A stretch of 64,000 bases of DNA from a bacterium (GTDB lineage: Bacteria; Electryoneota; Electryoneia; Electryoneales; Electryoneaceae): assembly GCA_019912845.1 (NCBI GenBank), contig JAIOHU010000165.1, positions 14,039 through 78,038 on the forward strand, read 5' to 3'. The translations under genes and the position numbers were made by a program. The notes under the pieces are model-generated. The model ran no database searches and was not told the DNA's origin. It saw nothing but the letters and a program-made list of their open reading frames with translations. Positions 33,975 through 43,685 of this stretch are shown here, piece by piece; within the stretch, counting starts at the first letter, position 1; every line of letters starts with the position of its first letter.

Positions 33975-36900
33975 CTAATGTTTCTCAACACCCTCCGGTC
34001 TTCCCGGAAGTTCTTTGGGATTGTTCTTGATCTCTTGAAGTAAATGTTCGATAGCTGCGTCAAGTTGCGGATCCTCGCCCTTGATTTCGCTGGCAGGATC
34101 ATTCACAACTTCCATCTCCGGTAAAACACCGCGTCCTTCGATCATCCATTCACCGTCAATTCCCCACCCTCCAAACTCCGGTTCAGAGATATAAGCGTTA
34201 TCGACCAGTGGTTTATCCATCCGTATCCACAACCAGCCACCCCAGGTCTGTTCACCAATCAATTTTCCAAGTTCGAGACGTTTGGTTGCCTCAGCGAAGC
34301 TCTCACCGTCCGACATGGTTTCGCCATTGCAGAGTACTGCGATATGACCATAATAACCGCCATGGGGTTTGGTTTCCAGCACACCACGTCGAGAACCCTG
34401 TATTGCCCAGACTTCTGCTTTCAGTTCTTTCAGCATATACTCTGAAACATTTCCGCCGCCATTAAAACGGTCATCAATAATCAACGCTTTTTTATTGCGC
34501 TGACCGTAATAATCTCGCCCCCATTGGCTCAACCCTTCACCGCCCATGTCCGGCAACTGGATATATCCGATTTTACCATCAGATTTGCTGGCAACATATT
34601 CACGATTCTCCTTCACCCATTGCAGATAGCGCATGTAGTTTTCATTGCGAATGGTCTTGATAAAGACTTCCCGTGCGCCTTCTTTTTTGGGTGATTCATT
34701 GAGCAGAAGTGCTACTTCCTTGCCTGCTTTATCCTGCAGCAATCGATAGATATTTTCATTCGCTCTGACCGGTCGTCCATCAATTGCGAGGATGTAAGTG
34801 CCTCTGCCTGTGTTGGGATCGGAATGATACAGCGGTGAGCTTGCATTTTCTGTCCCGGGTTCAGGGGCAAGAACTTCATCAATGATATAATAACCGCTCT
34901 TCACATCCGGGTACATCCTTACACCGAGGAAACCGATAGGTGCTGATTCTGGATCAGGTTCATCACCGGGACCGATATAAGCATGTCCGGCACGGAGTTC
35001 TCTGAATATCAGACTGATAATATCACGTACATCATCACGAGTTGTTGCCAGATCGATCATGCTGCCATAACGTTCCAAGACCATCTTCCAGTCCTGACCA
35101 TGCATATTTTCGCTATAGAAGAAATCTCGTTGATGCCGCCATGCTTCCTTCACAATCTGATGCCACTCCTCACTCGGTGTCACCTCAAGTTTCCAACCGC
35201 TGGTCGAGACTGTATGATCACCATCCATCGCAAATGAATTCGCACCTGCGTCACCATAATACCAGCTCCCTCCACTGTGTACGATCAATGTGCTGTTATC
35301 AGCGGAAATTTCATAACCACCCACTTTGGATGCAATATCACTACTCTCACGTTTTGCCAGATCGAACATTCTCAGGTAGGGTCCTGAATAGTCCTTGCGA
35401 TCATGACCGGAACGGATGCCGGAAATCTCCCAGGCGAGAAAATACAGTTTGTTTTCAACAGCTCCCAGTCCATAATAATTCCCCGGTTTTTCAGGGAGTG
35501 GCACCATACGATCACCTAATCCCTTGAAATCAATCAGGATGGGTTGAACTGACTTCTCATCCTCATCTTTCTCATCTTTTTCCTTTTTCTCTTCTTTATC
35601 AGACTGTTCTAGCCATGATGCCTGAGGAACCGCTCCGGCATCGGGCGCATCGCCATAAGCAAGGAATGGGCTGGGAGTATCCTCTGTCAGACGATAGAGT
35701 GCCAGTGTACTCTCGTGATCAAAGAGGAAAAGACCGCGGTTGTAGTCCTGGTAGCCGTTAAAGTTTCGATCCGTAGTACAGTAGAGATACTTTCCATTGG
35801 GATCCCAGGCTGGATTCGCTGTTGAGAAACGATCATCGCTTATCTTGTGATTTTTCCCCTTTTCAACGTCATAAATCCAAAGACTGATGATTCCGCTTTG
35901 CAGAGTGCTAGCGTACGCCAGGTAACGACTGTCCGGAGACCAGACATAATCGTTAAATTCCCATTCTCCAGTTGCGATCACCTTCCCTTTTCCACTTTCA
36001 ACATTTACGAGCCTGAGTTCCTGCTCTAAATCACCATAAACGATCCATTTACCATCAGGCGATATCGCAGGACGGTACTTCCAACCAGCCGGGCTGGCTT
36101 TTTCTACAGACAATGGAGTCTCGCCGGGGTTGACTATTCGAACCAGTGAGTTTTCACCAGTTTCATCAGAAATAGCAGCAATCCCGAAAACCGATTCAGG
36201 GAAAAAGACACCGTATTTCTCACGGCTTCCACTGCTGAAAGTCCACTGACGGATCAGACCACCTTGTTTGACCGGCAATGTGAAAATCTCTCCACGCGCG
36301 GTCACCACCAATCGTTTACCATCGTTTGAAACCGACCAGTGCGTGACATACTCTGATGGATCAACAAATTTTGTCATTGCAACATAACGGTCTGTGGGGA
36401 TATAGATATCTGGAGCGGTTATAGTTCCTGTTTGGACGTTGTAAATTTTCAGATCAGAACCATGCTGGAAGATGATTCGGTTGTCGTTTGCCAGGTTTGG
36501 AAAACGGACATCAAATTCAGTTAGACTGGTCATCGACTTTGCATCGCTGCCATCCGGCTTCATCGACCAGATGTTTCCATCGCCGAGGCTATCGCTGACA
36601 AAATATATTCTGCCGTCATTCGCCCACATGGGAAAGGATTCATTGCCATCATAAGATGAACATATTTTAAACGATGGTTTTGCAGGATCACCCACCCAGA
36701 TTTTCTCCGCATAGCCACCCTGATACCGTTTCCAGGTATGAAACGCCAGAAAAGTATTGGTAAGTGCTACTCGTTTGCCATTCGGTTCAAAGGTTATGAA
36801 TCCACCGCGTTCAAACGGCATTTTCACCGGGAAACCGCCATCCATATCCACTGTGTATAGTTCCCACGCATGACGGGGGGCTTCTCTTCTACTGCGAAAA

Positions 36901-37298
36901 ACGACTCGATTATCATTATCCCATCCAACCAAATCATCTTGAGAAGGATGGTAGGTAAGCTGACGCGGTTCTCCACCATTTGCCGGAATCAAGAATACAT
37001 CTTCGTTTCCGTAATAGTGACCACTGAATGCAATCCATTTTCCATCAGGACTGAAGAATGCGAACCGTTCCTGCCCTTCATGCGCGGTTAAACGTGTTGC
37101 AGTCCCACCTTTCACTGAACCGAGATACAGGTCGCCGGAAGATGTGAAGACAATCTGGTCTCCATAAAGATCGGGATACCTGGCTAATCCGCCAGTGATT
37201 GTTCCCGCGTAACTTATACTTATTAAGAAGAGTGAAATTGAAATTATATGGAATAACCGATTTCTGAGGAACGCGTGCGTCTGAAAAGTAGCATTCAT
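33975..37298 (-). CDS. Tricorn protease homolog (beta-propellers + PDZ + S41-type peptidase core), secreted form
   Basis: ~1107 aa from the ATG at 37298 (MNATFQ..., followed by a hydrophobic leader). Family-typical segment is RYPDLYGDQIVFTSSGDLYLGSVKGGTATRLTAHEGQERFAFFSPDGKWIAFSGHYYGNEDVFLIPANGGEPRQLTYHP. Further segments are ISPDGKWIVYGD and WSPDSRYLAYAS, then C-terminal IDDRFNGGGNVSEY. Confidence 0.85.
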   Translation of the reverse strand: MNATFQTHAFLRNRLFHIISISLFLISISYAGTITGGLARYPDLYGDQIVFTSSGDLYLGSVKGGTATRLTAHEGQERFAFFSPDGKWIAFSGHYYGNEDVFLIPANGGEPRQLTYHPSQDDLVGWDNDNRVVFRSRREAPRHAWELYTVDMDGGFPVKMPFERGGFITFEPNGKRVALTNTFLAFHTWKRYQGGYAEKIWVGDPAKPSFKICSSYDGNESFPMWANDGRIYFVSDSLGDGNIWSMKPDGSDAKSMTSLTEFDVRFPNLANDNRIIFQHGSDLKIYNVQTGTITAPDIYIPTDRYVAMTKFVDPSEYVTHWSVSNDGKRLVVTARGEIFTLPVKQGGLIRQWTFSSGSREKYGVFFPESVFGIAAISDETGENSLVRIVNPGETPLSVEKASPAGWKYRPAISPDGKWIVYGDLEQELRLVNVESGKGKVIATGEWEFNDYVWSPDSRYLAYASTLQSGIISLWIYDVEKGKNHKISDDRFSTANPAWDPNGKYLYCTTDRNFNGYQDYNRGLFLFDHESTLALYRLTEDTPSPFLAYGDAPDAGAVPQASWLEQSDKEEKKEKDEKDEDEKSVQPILIDFKGLGDRMVPLPEKPGNYYGLGAVENKLYFLAWEISGIRSGHDRKDYSGPYLRMFDLAKRESSDIASKVGGYEISADNSTLIVHSGGSWYYGDAGANSFAMDGDHTVSTSGWKLEVTPSEEWHQIVKEAWRHQRDFFYSENMHGQDWKMVLERYGSMIDLATTRDDVRDIISLIFRELRAGHAYIGPGDEPDPESAPIGFLGVRMYPDVKSGYYIIDEVLAPEPGTENASSPLYHSDPNTGRGTYILAIDGRPVRANENIYRLLQDKAGKEVALLLNESPKKEGAREVFIKTIRNENYMRYLQWVKENREYVASKSDGKIGYIQLPDMGGEGLSQWGRDYYGQRNKKALIIDDRFNGGGNVSEYMLKELKAEVWAIQGSRRGVLETKPHGGYYGHIAVLCNGETMSDGESFAEATKRLELGKLIGEQTWGGWLWIRMDKPLVDNAYISEPEFGGWGIDGEWMIEGRGVLPEMEVVNDPASEIKGEDPQLDAAIEHLLQEIKNNPKELPGRPEGVEKH

Positions 37299-37575
37299 GT
37301 GAATATCCTTTGAAGTAAAAATCCGGCTGCAACTCGCTGATACAAGTGGAAAACTCTGAAAGTATACCAAAACCAGAGCAATCGTGCAAGACAGTCAAAA
37401 CCAAAAAACTGAAGTCTACCTAAGATAAATATCTCAGTAAATTGAAAAAACAGAGTATTTAGAGAATGATAAATTTAGCCTCCTCCTAACTGATGTTCTC
37501 AAAATCTCATTTTCCAGTTTGGTGATTATCCTATTCCATGCAATGTACCTCGTGACAGGGAACCTTGATGGTATC

Positions 37576-37604
37576 TTGACATAAATACCCTGAATCCCTA
37601 CATT
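37576..37604 (+). promoter_or_regulatory. Sigma-70-like promoter TTGACA-N17-TACATT
   Basis: TTGACA is at 37576-37581 and TACATT at 37599-37604, ~130 nt upstream of the ATG at 37735. Promoter rules for this lineage are unknown to me. Confidence 0.45.
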
Positions 37605-37615
37605 TTCACAGAAGG

Positions 37616-37637
37616 TTAGGTTGTCCTATCGGTTAGG
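37616..37637 (+). promoter_or_regulatory. Candidate DtxR/MntR-type operator half-match
   Basis: TTAGGTTGTCCTATCGGTTAGG compared with the DtxR box TTAGGTTAGCCTAACCTAA. The left half matches 7/7, with 12/19 overall. It sits just downstream of the putative -10. Confidence 0.3.
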
Positions 37638-37734
37638 AACACTTAAGTTTAGTGTAAGGATATCAGTCATTTGGGGGTGAATTTAAATGAGTTTTCGATT
37701 TGACAGCGCCGATGAAGGTGTAGGAGGTAAAAAT

Positions 37735-38235
37735 ATGCGACCCCCGAATACAAGAATTGCGGACCTCAGCCCGAACATGGAAGACTACCTCGAGACCATT
37801 TATCTTCAGGATCTCGAAGGCAGCACTGCCAAGGTTAAAAATATCGCTGAGAAGATGGGGGTATCAAAACCTTCTGTCACAGAAGCCCTGTCTGTACTCA
37901 AAGACCGTGGTCTTGTCCTCCATCAGAAATATGGTGATGTCGAACTCACCGAACGTGGACGTGAAGCTGCCAGCCATATCTACTACCGTCACCGTCTCTT
38001 CCTCGAGCTATTCCACAATGTGCTTGGGGTACCTGAGGATGTCGCAGAAGAAGATGCCTGCCGTGTAGAACATCTAGTCAGCGACACTACTGTACGCCAC
38101 TGCACAGCACTGATGAAACTCATCGGTGAACAAGCCGCCAACCAGGGGCCCTACGCTGGTTTTGTCAACATGGTACACAAAACAGTTCGTGATATGAAAT
38201 CTGAAAATGGAAATTCAGGGAAGAAGAAGAAATGA
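37735..38235 (+). CDS. DtxR/MntR-family metal-dependent transcriptional repressor
   Basis: The ATG at 37735 has AGGAGG 8 nt upstream. Contains MEDYLETIYLQDLEGSTAKVKNIAEKMGVSKPSVTEALSVLKDRGLV...LTERGREAASHIYYRHRLFLELF. Confidence 0.85.
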   Translation: MRPPNTRIADLSPNMEDYLETIYLQDLEGSTAKVKNIAEKMGVSKPSVTEALSVLKDRGLVLHQKYGDVELTERGREAASHIYYRHRLFLELFHNVLGVPEDVAEEDACRVEHLVSDTTVRHCTALMKLIGEQAANQGPYAGFVNMVHKTVRDMKSENGNSGKKKK

Positions 38236-38784
38236 TATAGGTCACTTAAGGTGTGTATCAGCTGGAGCAGATCAGAATACCTACTGTTCACAGTCCTCGA
38301 GGCATTTATGGCAGAATTGAAAATCAAGCTACATTTTATCAATTAGATTAGTTGACCAATTAACCAGCTAAACTACCTTCGTTTGTATTGTCTCGACCTT
38401 GTCCACTATCTAATTTAATTCTTATTCTTGATACTACTGATCTCTAGCACTCCTGTTCTCTTCATCTGTGTCAGATTACAATTCCCATTACGCAATCGCC
38501 AAATGTAGTTTATTAGTTCGCAAAAAATTTTAAAATTTTTAATAGTTCTTACTCATAATGCCCGGCGTGAATACTGAAAAGCCTCGGTTGGGACAGTATG
38601 TGCATAGCGCGTGGCGCAAGTCACGGGAAAACAATTACACTGCTGGCATTCAGGTGGATCATATACCTTGATCAGTTGGTAGAGGTGATCAAAATATCAA
38701 GACTATACTATTTGCAGTAAGTGTTAACTCATCCATTGTAGTTCAACCGGTGCATCCTTGTTCAAGGACTGTACCTTCCTGAAA

Positions 38785-39378
38785 TCACTCAATCCACTCA
38801 ACTTCCCCACTCAAAATATCATAGAACGCTGGAACGATAGCAACATCGCCATTTTGAGCCATTTCTTTAAGGTAGGGGCTTTGGTCAAAGAGGTCGTCAA
38901 TAGCTTCTTTTACGTTGATTTTGGCAACGGAATTTATGAAGTCAGGATCACTACGTTCCATTCCAGCCATACGTGCCGCCATGACCGCGGGACGGATTCG
39001 TTTGACCAATGGCATCAGCGAATCTTCAATTTTATCCTCTTTCACTGCCAGAGAGACCGCTCCGCAATTTGAATGTCCGAGGACTACGATAAGGGGAATA
39101 CCAAATTCACGTACTCCTAATTCAAAGGTCGCAGCTACAGTTTCAGCACAGATATTGCCGGCTACAGCAGAGACGAAAATATCACCTAGCCCCTGATCAA
39201 AGACAAGTTCAACAGGGACACGAGAATCAGCACATGCCAGTATCGCGGCAAAGGGTTTTTGACCCTCACGTGCAGTCTGTTCACGTCGTTCTTTGAATTT
39301 ACGATCAGGAATTAACTGATCTGAGGCAAATCGCTTATTTCCATCTTTCAACATTTGAAGTGCTTCATCGGAATTCAT
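38785..39378 (-). CDS. Beta-class carbonic anhydrase
   Basis: Zinc-site motifs are CADSRVPVE and VLGHSNCGAV. The ATG at 39378 overlaps the upstream stop (ATGA), giving the family-typical N-terminus MNSDEALQMLKDGNKRF. Confidence 0.88.
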   Translation of the reverse strand: MNSDEALQMLKDGNKRFASDQLIPDRKFKERREQTAREGQKPFAAILACADSRVPVELVFDQGLGDIFVSAVAGNICAETVAATFELGVREFGIPLIVVLGHSNCGAVSLAVKEDKIEDSLMPLVKRIRPAVMAARMAGMERSDPDFINSVAKINVKEAIDDLFDQSPYLKEMAQNGDVAIVPAFYDILSGEVEWIE

Positions 39379-40589
39379 TTTTCTTTCCCCAATTTCATCA
39401 TTTTGATACGCTTTCCCACTGTCGCCCCAATCTGGAAACATTCATCCAATCCTGATTCGTCCGGGACATATTGCTTTGCCAGGCTGGCAACTATCTCGAC
39501 TTTCATGTCACCCAAGATTGTTTCCAGCTTCTTTATCGCACCACCAGTACTCCAACCGTATGAGCCAAATGCAGCTCCAATCAATCCTTTTGGTGCCAAT
39601 CCCTGCAAATATGCCATGGTGTCTGCAACAGTCGGGAAGAGGTTGCTGTTCAGGTTTGGCGATCCCACCAGTAAAGCTGCACTATCTAATACTTCAAGGG
39701 CGATTTCAGCTCGATTGGATTTGCTGAGTGGCATCACTTTAACTGAAACACCCTCACTCATCAACCCCTCTTCAATAGCACGAGTCATTTTTGCGGTGCT
39801 TCCCCACATGGTATCATACACAATCAACGCTTTATTTTTTGTCCTTCGATGCGCCCATTCGAGATACCAGGAAATGATACGATTCAGATTGGTTCGCCAA
39901 ACTGGACCGTGATCGGGTGCTATCATTTTCGGGATACCATATTTGTCAAATATCCCCACTGTCTTTGCAACAGCAGGTGCGAAAGGCATGAGTATGTTTG
40001 CAAAATATTTTGCAGCTTCCTCACGCAGGATACCTTCATCCACCTCATCATCGAACCGTTCACTGCTGGCGAGATGCATGCCAAACGCATCATTCGAGAA
40101 CAATATGCTTTCGTCATTGTACAGGGTGAACATACTGTCCGGCCAGTGAACCATTCGTGTCTCTTCAAAGGTGAACGAACGATTGCCCAGCTCAATAGTC
40201 GAACTGTTTTCAGCAATTTCTACTTGAACAGATTCGCCGAAATGTTTGTGAATTGCATCCACTCCCTTTTTCGAGGCATAGACTGTCTTCGGATTGATTC
40301 GCTCGATGACATCGAGCAAACAGCCAGTATGATCCATTTCAGAGTGGTTAGAAATGATATGCTGAATCTCACCGGGATCAATTACGGATGCAATTCGGCT
40401 GAGCAATTCATCCTTAAAATGCGCCTTAACCACATCGATAAGTACAGGCTCATCGCCCAGAATCAGGAAAGCATTGTAGGTCGTACCACGTGGGGTGGCA
40501 TACCCATGAAACTCAGCGAGAGTCCAATCAATTGCACCAACCCAGTAGACTGTGTCGGTAACTTTAATAGCACGAAAAGGGTATTTCAC
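39375..40589 (-). CDS. Flavodiiron protein (type A flavoprotein, O2/NO reductase class) without a rubredoxin domain
   Basis: 404 aa. Metallo-beta-lactamase-like diiron motif is SNHSEMDHTG. A C-terminal flavodoxin-like domain follows (ALIVYDTMWGSTAKMTRAIEEG). Confidence 0.9.
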   Translation of the reverse strand: MKYPFRAIKVTDTVYWVGAIDWTLAEFHGYATPRGTTYNAFLILGDEPVLIDVVKAHFKDELLSRIASVIDPGEIQHIISNHSEMDHTGCLLDVIERINPKTVYASKKGVDAIHKHFGESVQVEIAENSSTIELGNRSFTFEETRMVHWPDSMFTLYNDESILFSNDAFGMHLASSERFDDEVDEGILREEAAKYFANILMPFAPAVAKTVGIFDKYGIPKMIAPDHGPVWRTNLNRIISWYLEWAHRRTKNKALIVYDTMWGSTAKMTRAIEEGLMSEGVSVKVMPLSKSNRAEIALEVLDSAALLVGSPNLNSNLFPTVADTMAYLQGLAPKGLIGAAFGSYGWSTGGAIKKLETILGDMKVEIVASLAKQYVPDESGLDECFQIGATVGKRIKMMKLGKEK

Positions 40590-40598
40590 AATAGTTGC

Positions 40599-41087
40599 CT
40601 ATTTCAAGTTCATCTCAGACATACGTTCATTCAGCAATTTGATATGCCCCATCTCTTCCTTGATGATCTTATCAACATGCTCACGTCCATCACCTTCGGG
40701 CACAAGCTCTTTCACCCCAACGAAGTAGGCAATTGAGTCACGTTCACGTCCCAATGCAATCTTGAACACTTCCTTAAGGGTTTCATTTCCGGTAAGTGTA
40801 GCGGAGGTGTCTTCGGCGACGCTGAAAACATGTCCGCCTGCAATGGAACGTAGATAAGATGCAGCTTCACCATCGGGGTCATACTCGATTCCCCCGCCTT
40901 CGTTCACAAATTTATCACGTAATCGCGCAAAGACCAGCTCATGCTCATCTTCCCATTCTGCCAGTTGTTTGAGCAGAGCTCCAGCTTCAGATTCTCCAAA
41001 ACGAGCTGATGTGACACGATAAAACTTCGCGCCGTTCCGTTCAATCTGTTCAGCGATTTCAAATACCTCATCAAGATTATACATCAT
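40599..41087 (-). CDS. Rubrerythrin-like ferritin-fold diiron protein lacking the rubredoxin domain (paralog 1)
   Basis: 162 aa. Four-helix pattern with E...ExxH twice (AEQIERNGAKFY, EWEDEH, LGRERDSIAYF, EEMGH). Confidence 0.75.
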   Translation of the reverse strand: MMYNLDEVFEIAEQIERNGAKFYRVTSARFGESEAGALLKQLAEWEDEHELVFARLRDKFVNEGGGIEYDPDGEAASYLRSIAGGHVFSVAEDTSATLTGNETLKEVFKIALGRERDSIAYFVGVKELVPEGDGREHVDKIIKEEMGHIKLLNERMSEMNLK

Positions 41088-41171
41088 GATCGTGATCTCC
41101 AGATTACATATATGAAATTTTGTTTGTTTTCACGGTAATATAATGGATGTTTCAAGACTTCAGCAATCTTC

Positions 41172-42188
41172 TCAGTAACTGCTATCGTCCAATTCCACCC
41201 TTCCTTTAAATGTGCGATAAATGAAGATAGTATAACCGATCACCAGTGGCATCCCGAGCAGGGTGATGATAAACATTACCCAGAGGGTCAACTGTGATGA
41301 TGACGCGTTATTAATCGTCAGACTGTAGTCCAGATTGAGGTTGGAAGGCATCACTCTGGGGAACAGGCTGATTCCTGCCAGTCCAAGCATGGATGCGATA
41401 ACTGTTGAGGACGACAGAAACGCATAGAAAAAACGTTTCGCATTCAACATAATCGGCACAAACATGATCGCTGCCAGCAATATTATGAAGATGACATAGA
41501 ACAGCCAGAAATCAAGAACTCCCTCAAAAAGATATCCGGCATCGAAAAAGCTGAAAAATGTCGCGATGATATACATCACTACTACCGCGATCCATGATCC
41601 AGAAGCGATCTTCACCATCTGTTCCTGCAACCTACCATCCACTTTCATCGTCAGGTAAAGTGCGCCATGCATAACGAATAAGATAACTGTCAGCAAGCCA
41701 ATCACAACGGAGTATGGATTTAATAGAGTGAAGAAATTACCGGTATATTCACCCGCTTCATTGATCGGCATCCCATGCAGGATATTTCCAAATGCCACAC
41801 CGAATAAAAGTGCAGCCAGCAGACTACCTATTTCGAACATGAGGTCAAAACTTTTACGCCATACTTTCCCCGGAATTTTACTGCGAAATTCCATGGAAAC
41901 GGCGCGGCAGATTAGAGCGAGTAGCAGCAGCATAACCGCATGGTACATTGCACTGGCAAAGGTGGCATAGAGTATCGGAAAAGCGGCAAACATCGCACCA
42001 CCGGCAGTAATCAGCCATACCTCATTGCCATCCCAGACCGGACCAATCGCATTCATCAGCAAACGTCGTTCACGGTCGCCTTTCACGAAAAGATGTACGA
42101 TCCCAACCCCAAAATCAAACCCATCAAGAATGGCATATCCAATGAAAAGGAAGCCCAGTAACAGAAACCAGATAAAATTCAAATCCAT
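41172..42188 (-). CDS. cydB: Cytochrome bd ubiquinol oxidase subunit II
   Basis: 338 aa polytopic protein. N-terminus is LNFIWFLLLGFLFIGYAILDGFDFGVG. Its start shares one nt with the cydA stop (TGATG). Confidence 0.9.
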   Translation of the reverse strand: MDLNFIWFLLLGFLFIGYAILDGFDFGVGIVHLFVKGDRERRLLMNAIGPVWDGNEVWLITAGGAMFAAFPILYATFASAMYHAVMLLLLALICRAVSMEFRSKIPGKVWRKSFDLMFEIGSLLAALLFGVAFGNILHGMPINEAGEYTGNFFTLLNPYSVVIGLLTVILFVMHGALYLTMKVDGRLQEQMVKIASGSWIAVVVMYIIATFFSFFDAGYLFEGVLDFWLFYVIFIILLAAIMFVPIMLNAKRFFYAFLSSSTVIASMLGLAGISLFPRVMPSNLNLDYSLTINNASSSQLTLWVMFIITLLGMPLVIGYTIFIYRTFKGRVELDDSSY

Positions 42189-43519
42189 CAGACCTTCACC
42201 TCCTCTCCTGCGGGTTCAGGACCTTTGGTCGCTTTGTGATAGGTGAGATAGAACCACAATATCCCCATGATCAGATAGATCAGGCTGAAGAGGATGATGG
42301 AGAAGAGAACATCCCCTGCCTGAACATTTTTCGAGTGTCCGTCGGCAGTCTTCAGGAGACCGTAAACAATCCAGGGCTGACGTCCCACCTCGGCGGTTAC
42401 CCAGCCAAATTCCACAGCAAAGATCGGCAGAGGAACCGACCACATGAGCACATTCAGGATGAGACGGTTTTCAAACAGTTGCTTGCGTATCATGAGGAAA
42501 AGCGCCAGTGCGGTTATTCCGATGAAGTACATCCCCAGAACAACCATGTTGTGGAAGGAGACGAAAGTCAACCATAGCGGCGGTATTTCATCTTCTGGGA
42601 ATTCATCAATTCCCTGAATGTGAGCATCGGGATCACCAAATGCCATCCAACTCAACATACTTGGGATTTCCAGGGTTGCAATCAGATCGGGTGGATCATC
42701 GACAGGCAAGGCGAACAAAACCAGAGGTGCGTTGCTCTGACTTGTGTACAGCCCCTCAATAGCAGCAAATTTTGCGGGTTGAGTTCGTGCAACCTGTTGG
42801 GCGTGTGCATGTCCAGTGGGAACAACTGCCAGAACTGAGGAAATAAACCCTACGATCACAGAGACTTTCATCGTCTTAGACGCTACACCAACATGCTTAT
42901 TGCGAAGCAGTAGATATGCTGAAACCGCGATCATGAAAAATGATCCAGCGATAAGGCAGGAGTCGACAGTATGAAAGTAACGAATTAGGGTGGAATCGTT
43001 GAAAACTGCAGCCCAGAAGTCGGTTAATTCAGCACGTCCATTTCGGATCACATACCCTGCTGGGGTTTGCTGCCAGGAGTTGGCAACAATGATCCAGAAA
43101 GCTGAAAGTGTTGCACCAAAAGCCACCATCAATGAGGAAAACCAGTGGACTCCCTTGGATACTCTGTTTCGACCAAACAGATATAGTCCGAGGAAACTGG
43201 ATTCGAGGAAAAATGCAAATACTCCTTCCGCTGCCAACGGGGCACCAAATATATCACCGACAAACTTAGAGTATTCAGCCCAGTTTGTACCAAACTGGAA
43301 TTCCATCACAATACCCGATGCTACACCAACCGCAAAGCTTACAGCGAAGAGTTTAGCAAAAAATTTTGCTCCGCGGACATATTCATCATCATTACGTCGC
43401 CAGCCAAACCATTCAAGGATGACCAGCAACCAGGCGAGTCCAATCGTCAATGCCGGAAAGATGTAATGAAATCCGATAGTGAGCGCGAACTGCCAGCGAG
43501 ACAACAGTACCACATCCAT
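42188..43519 (-). CDS. cydA: Cytochrome bd ubiquinol oxidase subunit I (short Q-loop type)
   Basis: MDVVLLSRWQFALTIGFHYIFPALTIGL from the ATG at 43519. A TTG at 43534 is an alternative start. Confidence 0.9.
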   Translation of the reverse strand: MDVVLLSRWQFALTIGFHYIFPALTIGLAWLLVILEWFGWRRNDDEYVRGAKFFAKLFAVSFAVGVASGIVMEFQFGTNWAEYSKFVGDIFGAPLAAEGVFAFFLESSFLGLYLFGRNRVSKGVHWFSSLMVAFGATLSAFWIIVANSWQQTPAGYVIRNGRAELTDFWAAVFNDSTLIRYFHTVDSCLIAGSFFMIAVSAYLLLRNKHVGVASKTMKVSVIVGFISSVLAVVPTGHAHAQQVARTQPAKFAAIEGLYTSQSNAPLVLFALPVDDPPDLIATLEIPSMLSWMAFGDPDAHIQGIDEFPEDEIPPLWLTFVSFHNMVVLGMYFIGITALALFLMIRKQLFENRLILNVLMWSVPLPIFAVEFGWVTAEVGRQPWIVYGLLKTADGHSKNVQAGDVLFSIILFSLIYLIMGILWFYLTYHKATKGPEPAGEEVKV

Positions 43520-43685
43520 ATAAACAACCTGCAATTATTAAGGTACTAAGTCATATTTTAATTTTTGATAGTTGCACCCCCAAGTAGAATAATAAAATCT
43601 TCAGCGAATTCTAACATGCAACTTCACAAGTTTATTTTGCGATTCAATTCACAATATTTTGCGCAAGAAATTGATATTCTTGCGG

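Noticed and set aside
39849-40736. A 295-aa ORF on the + strand spanning the flavodiiron and erythrin-like genes.
   Set aside because: It is antisense to two genes with unambiguous family motifs, has a Cys/Phe/Asn-rich junk-like composition, and spans an intergenic junction of the opposite strand. The same reasoning applies to the other long antisense ORFs (for example 53422..53823, 53586..53969, 35042..35527, 5616..6086 and 42990..43466).
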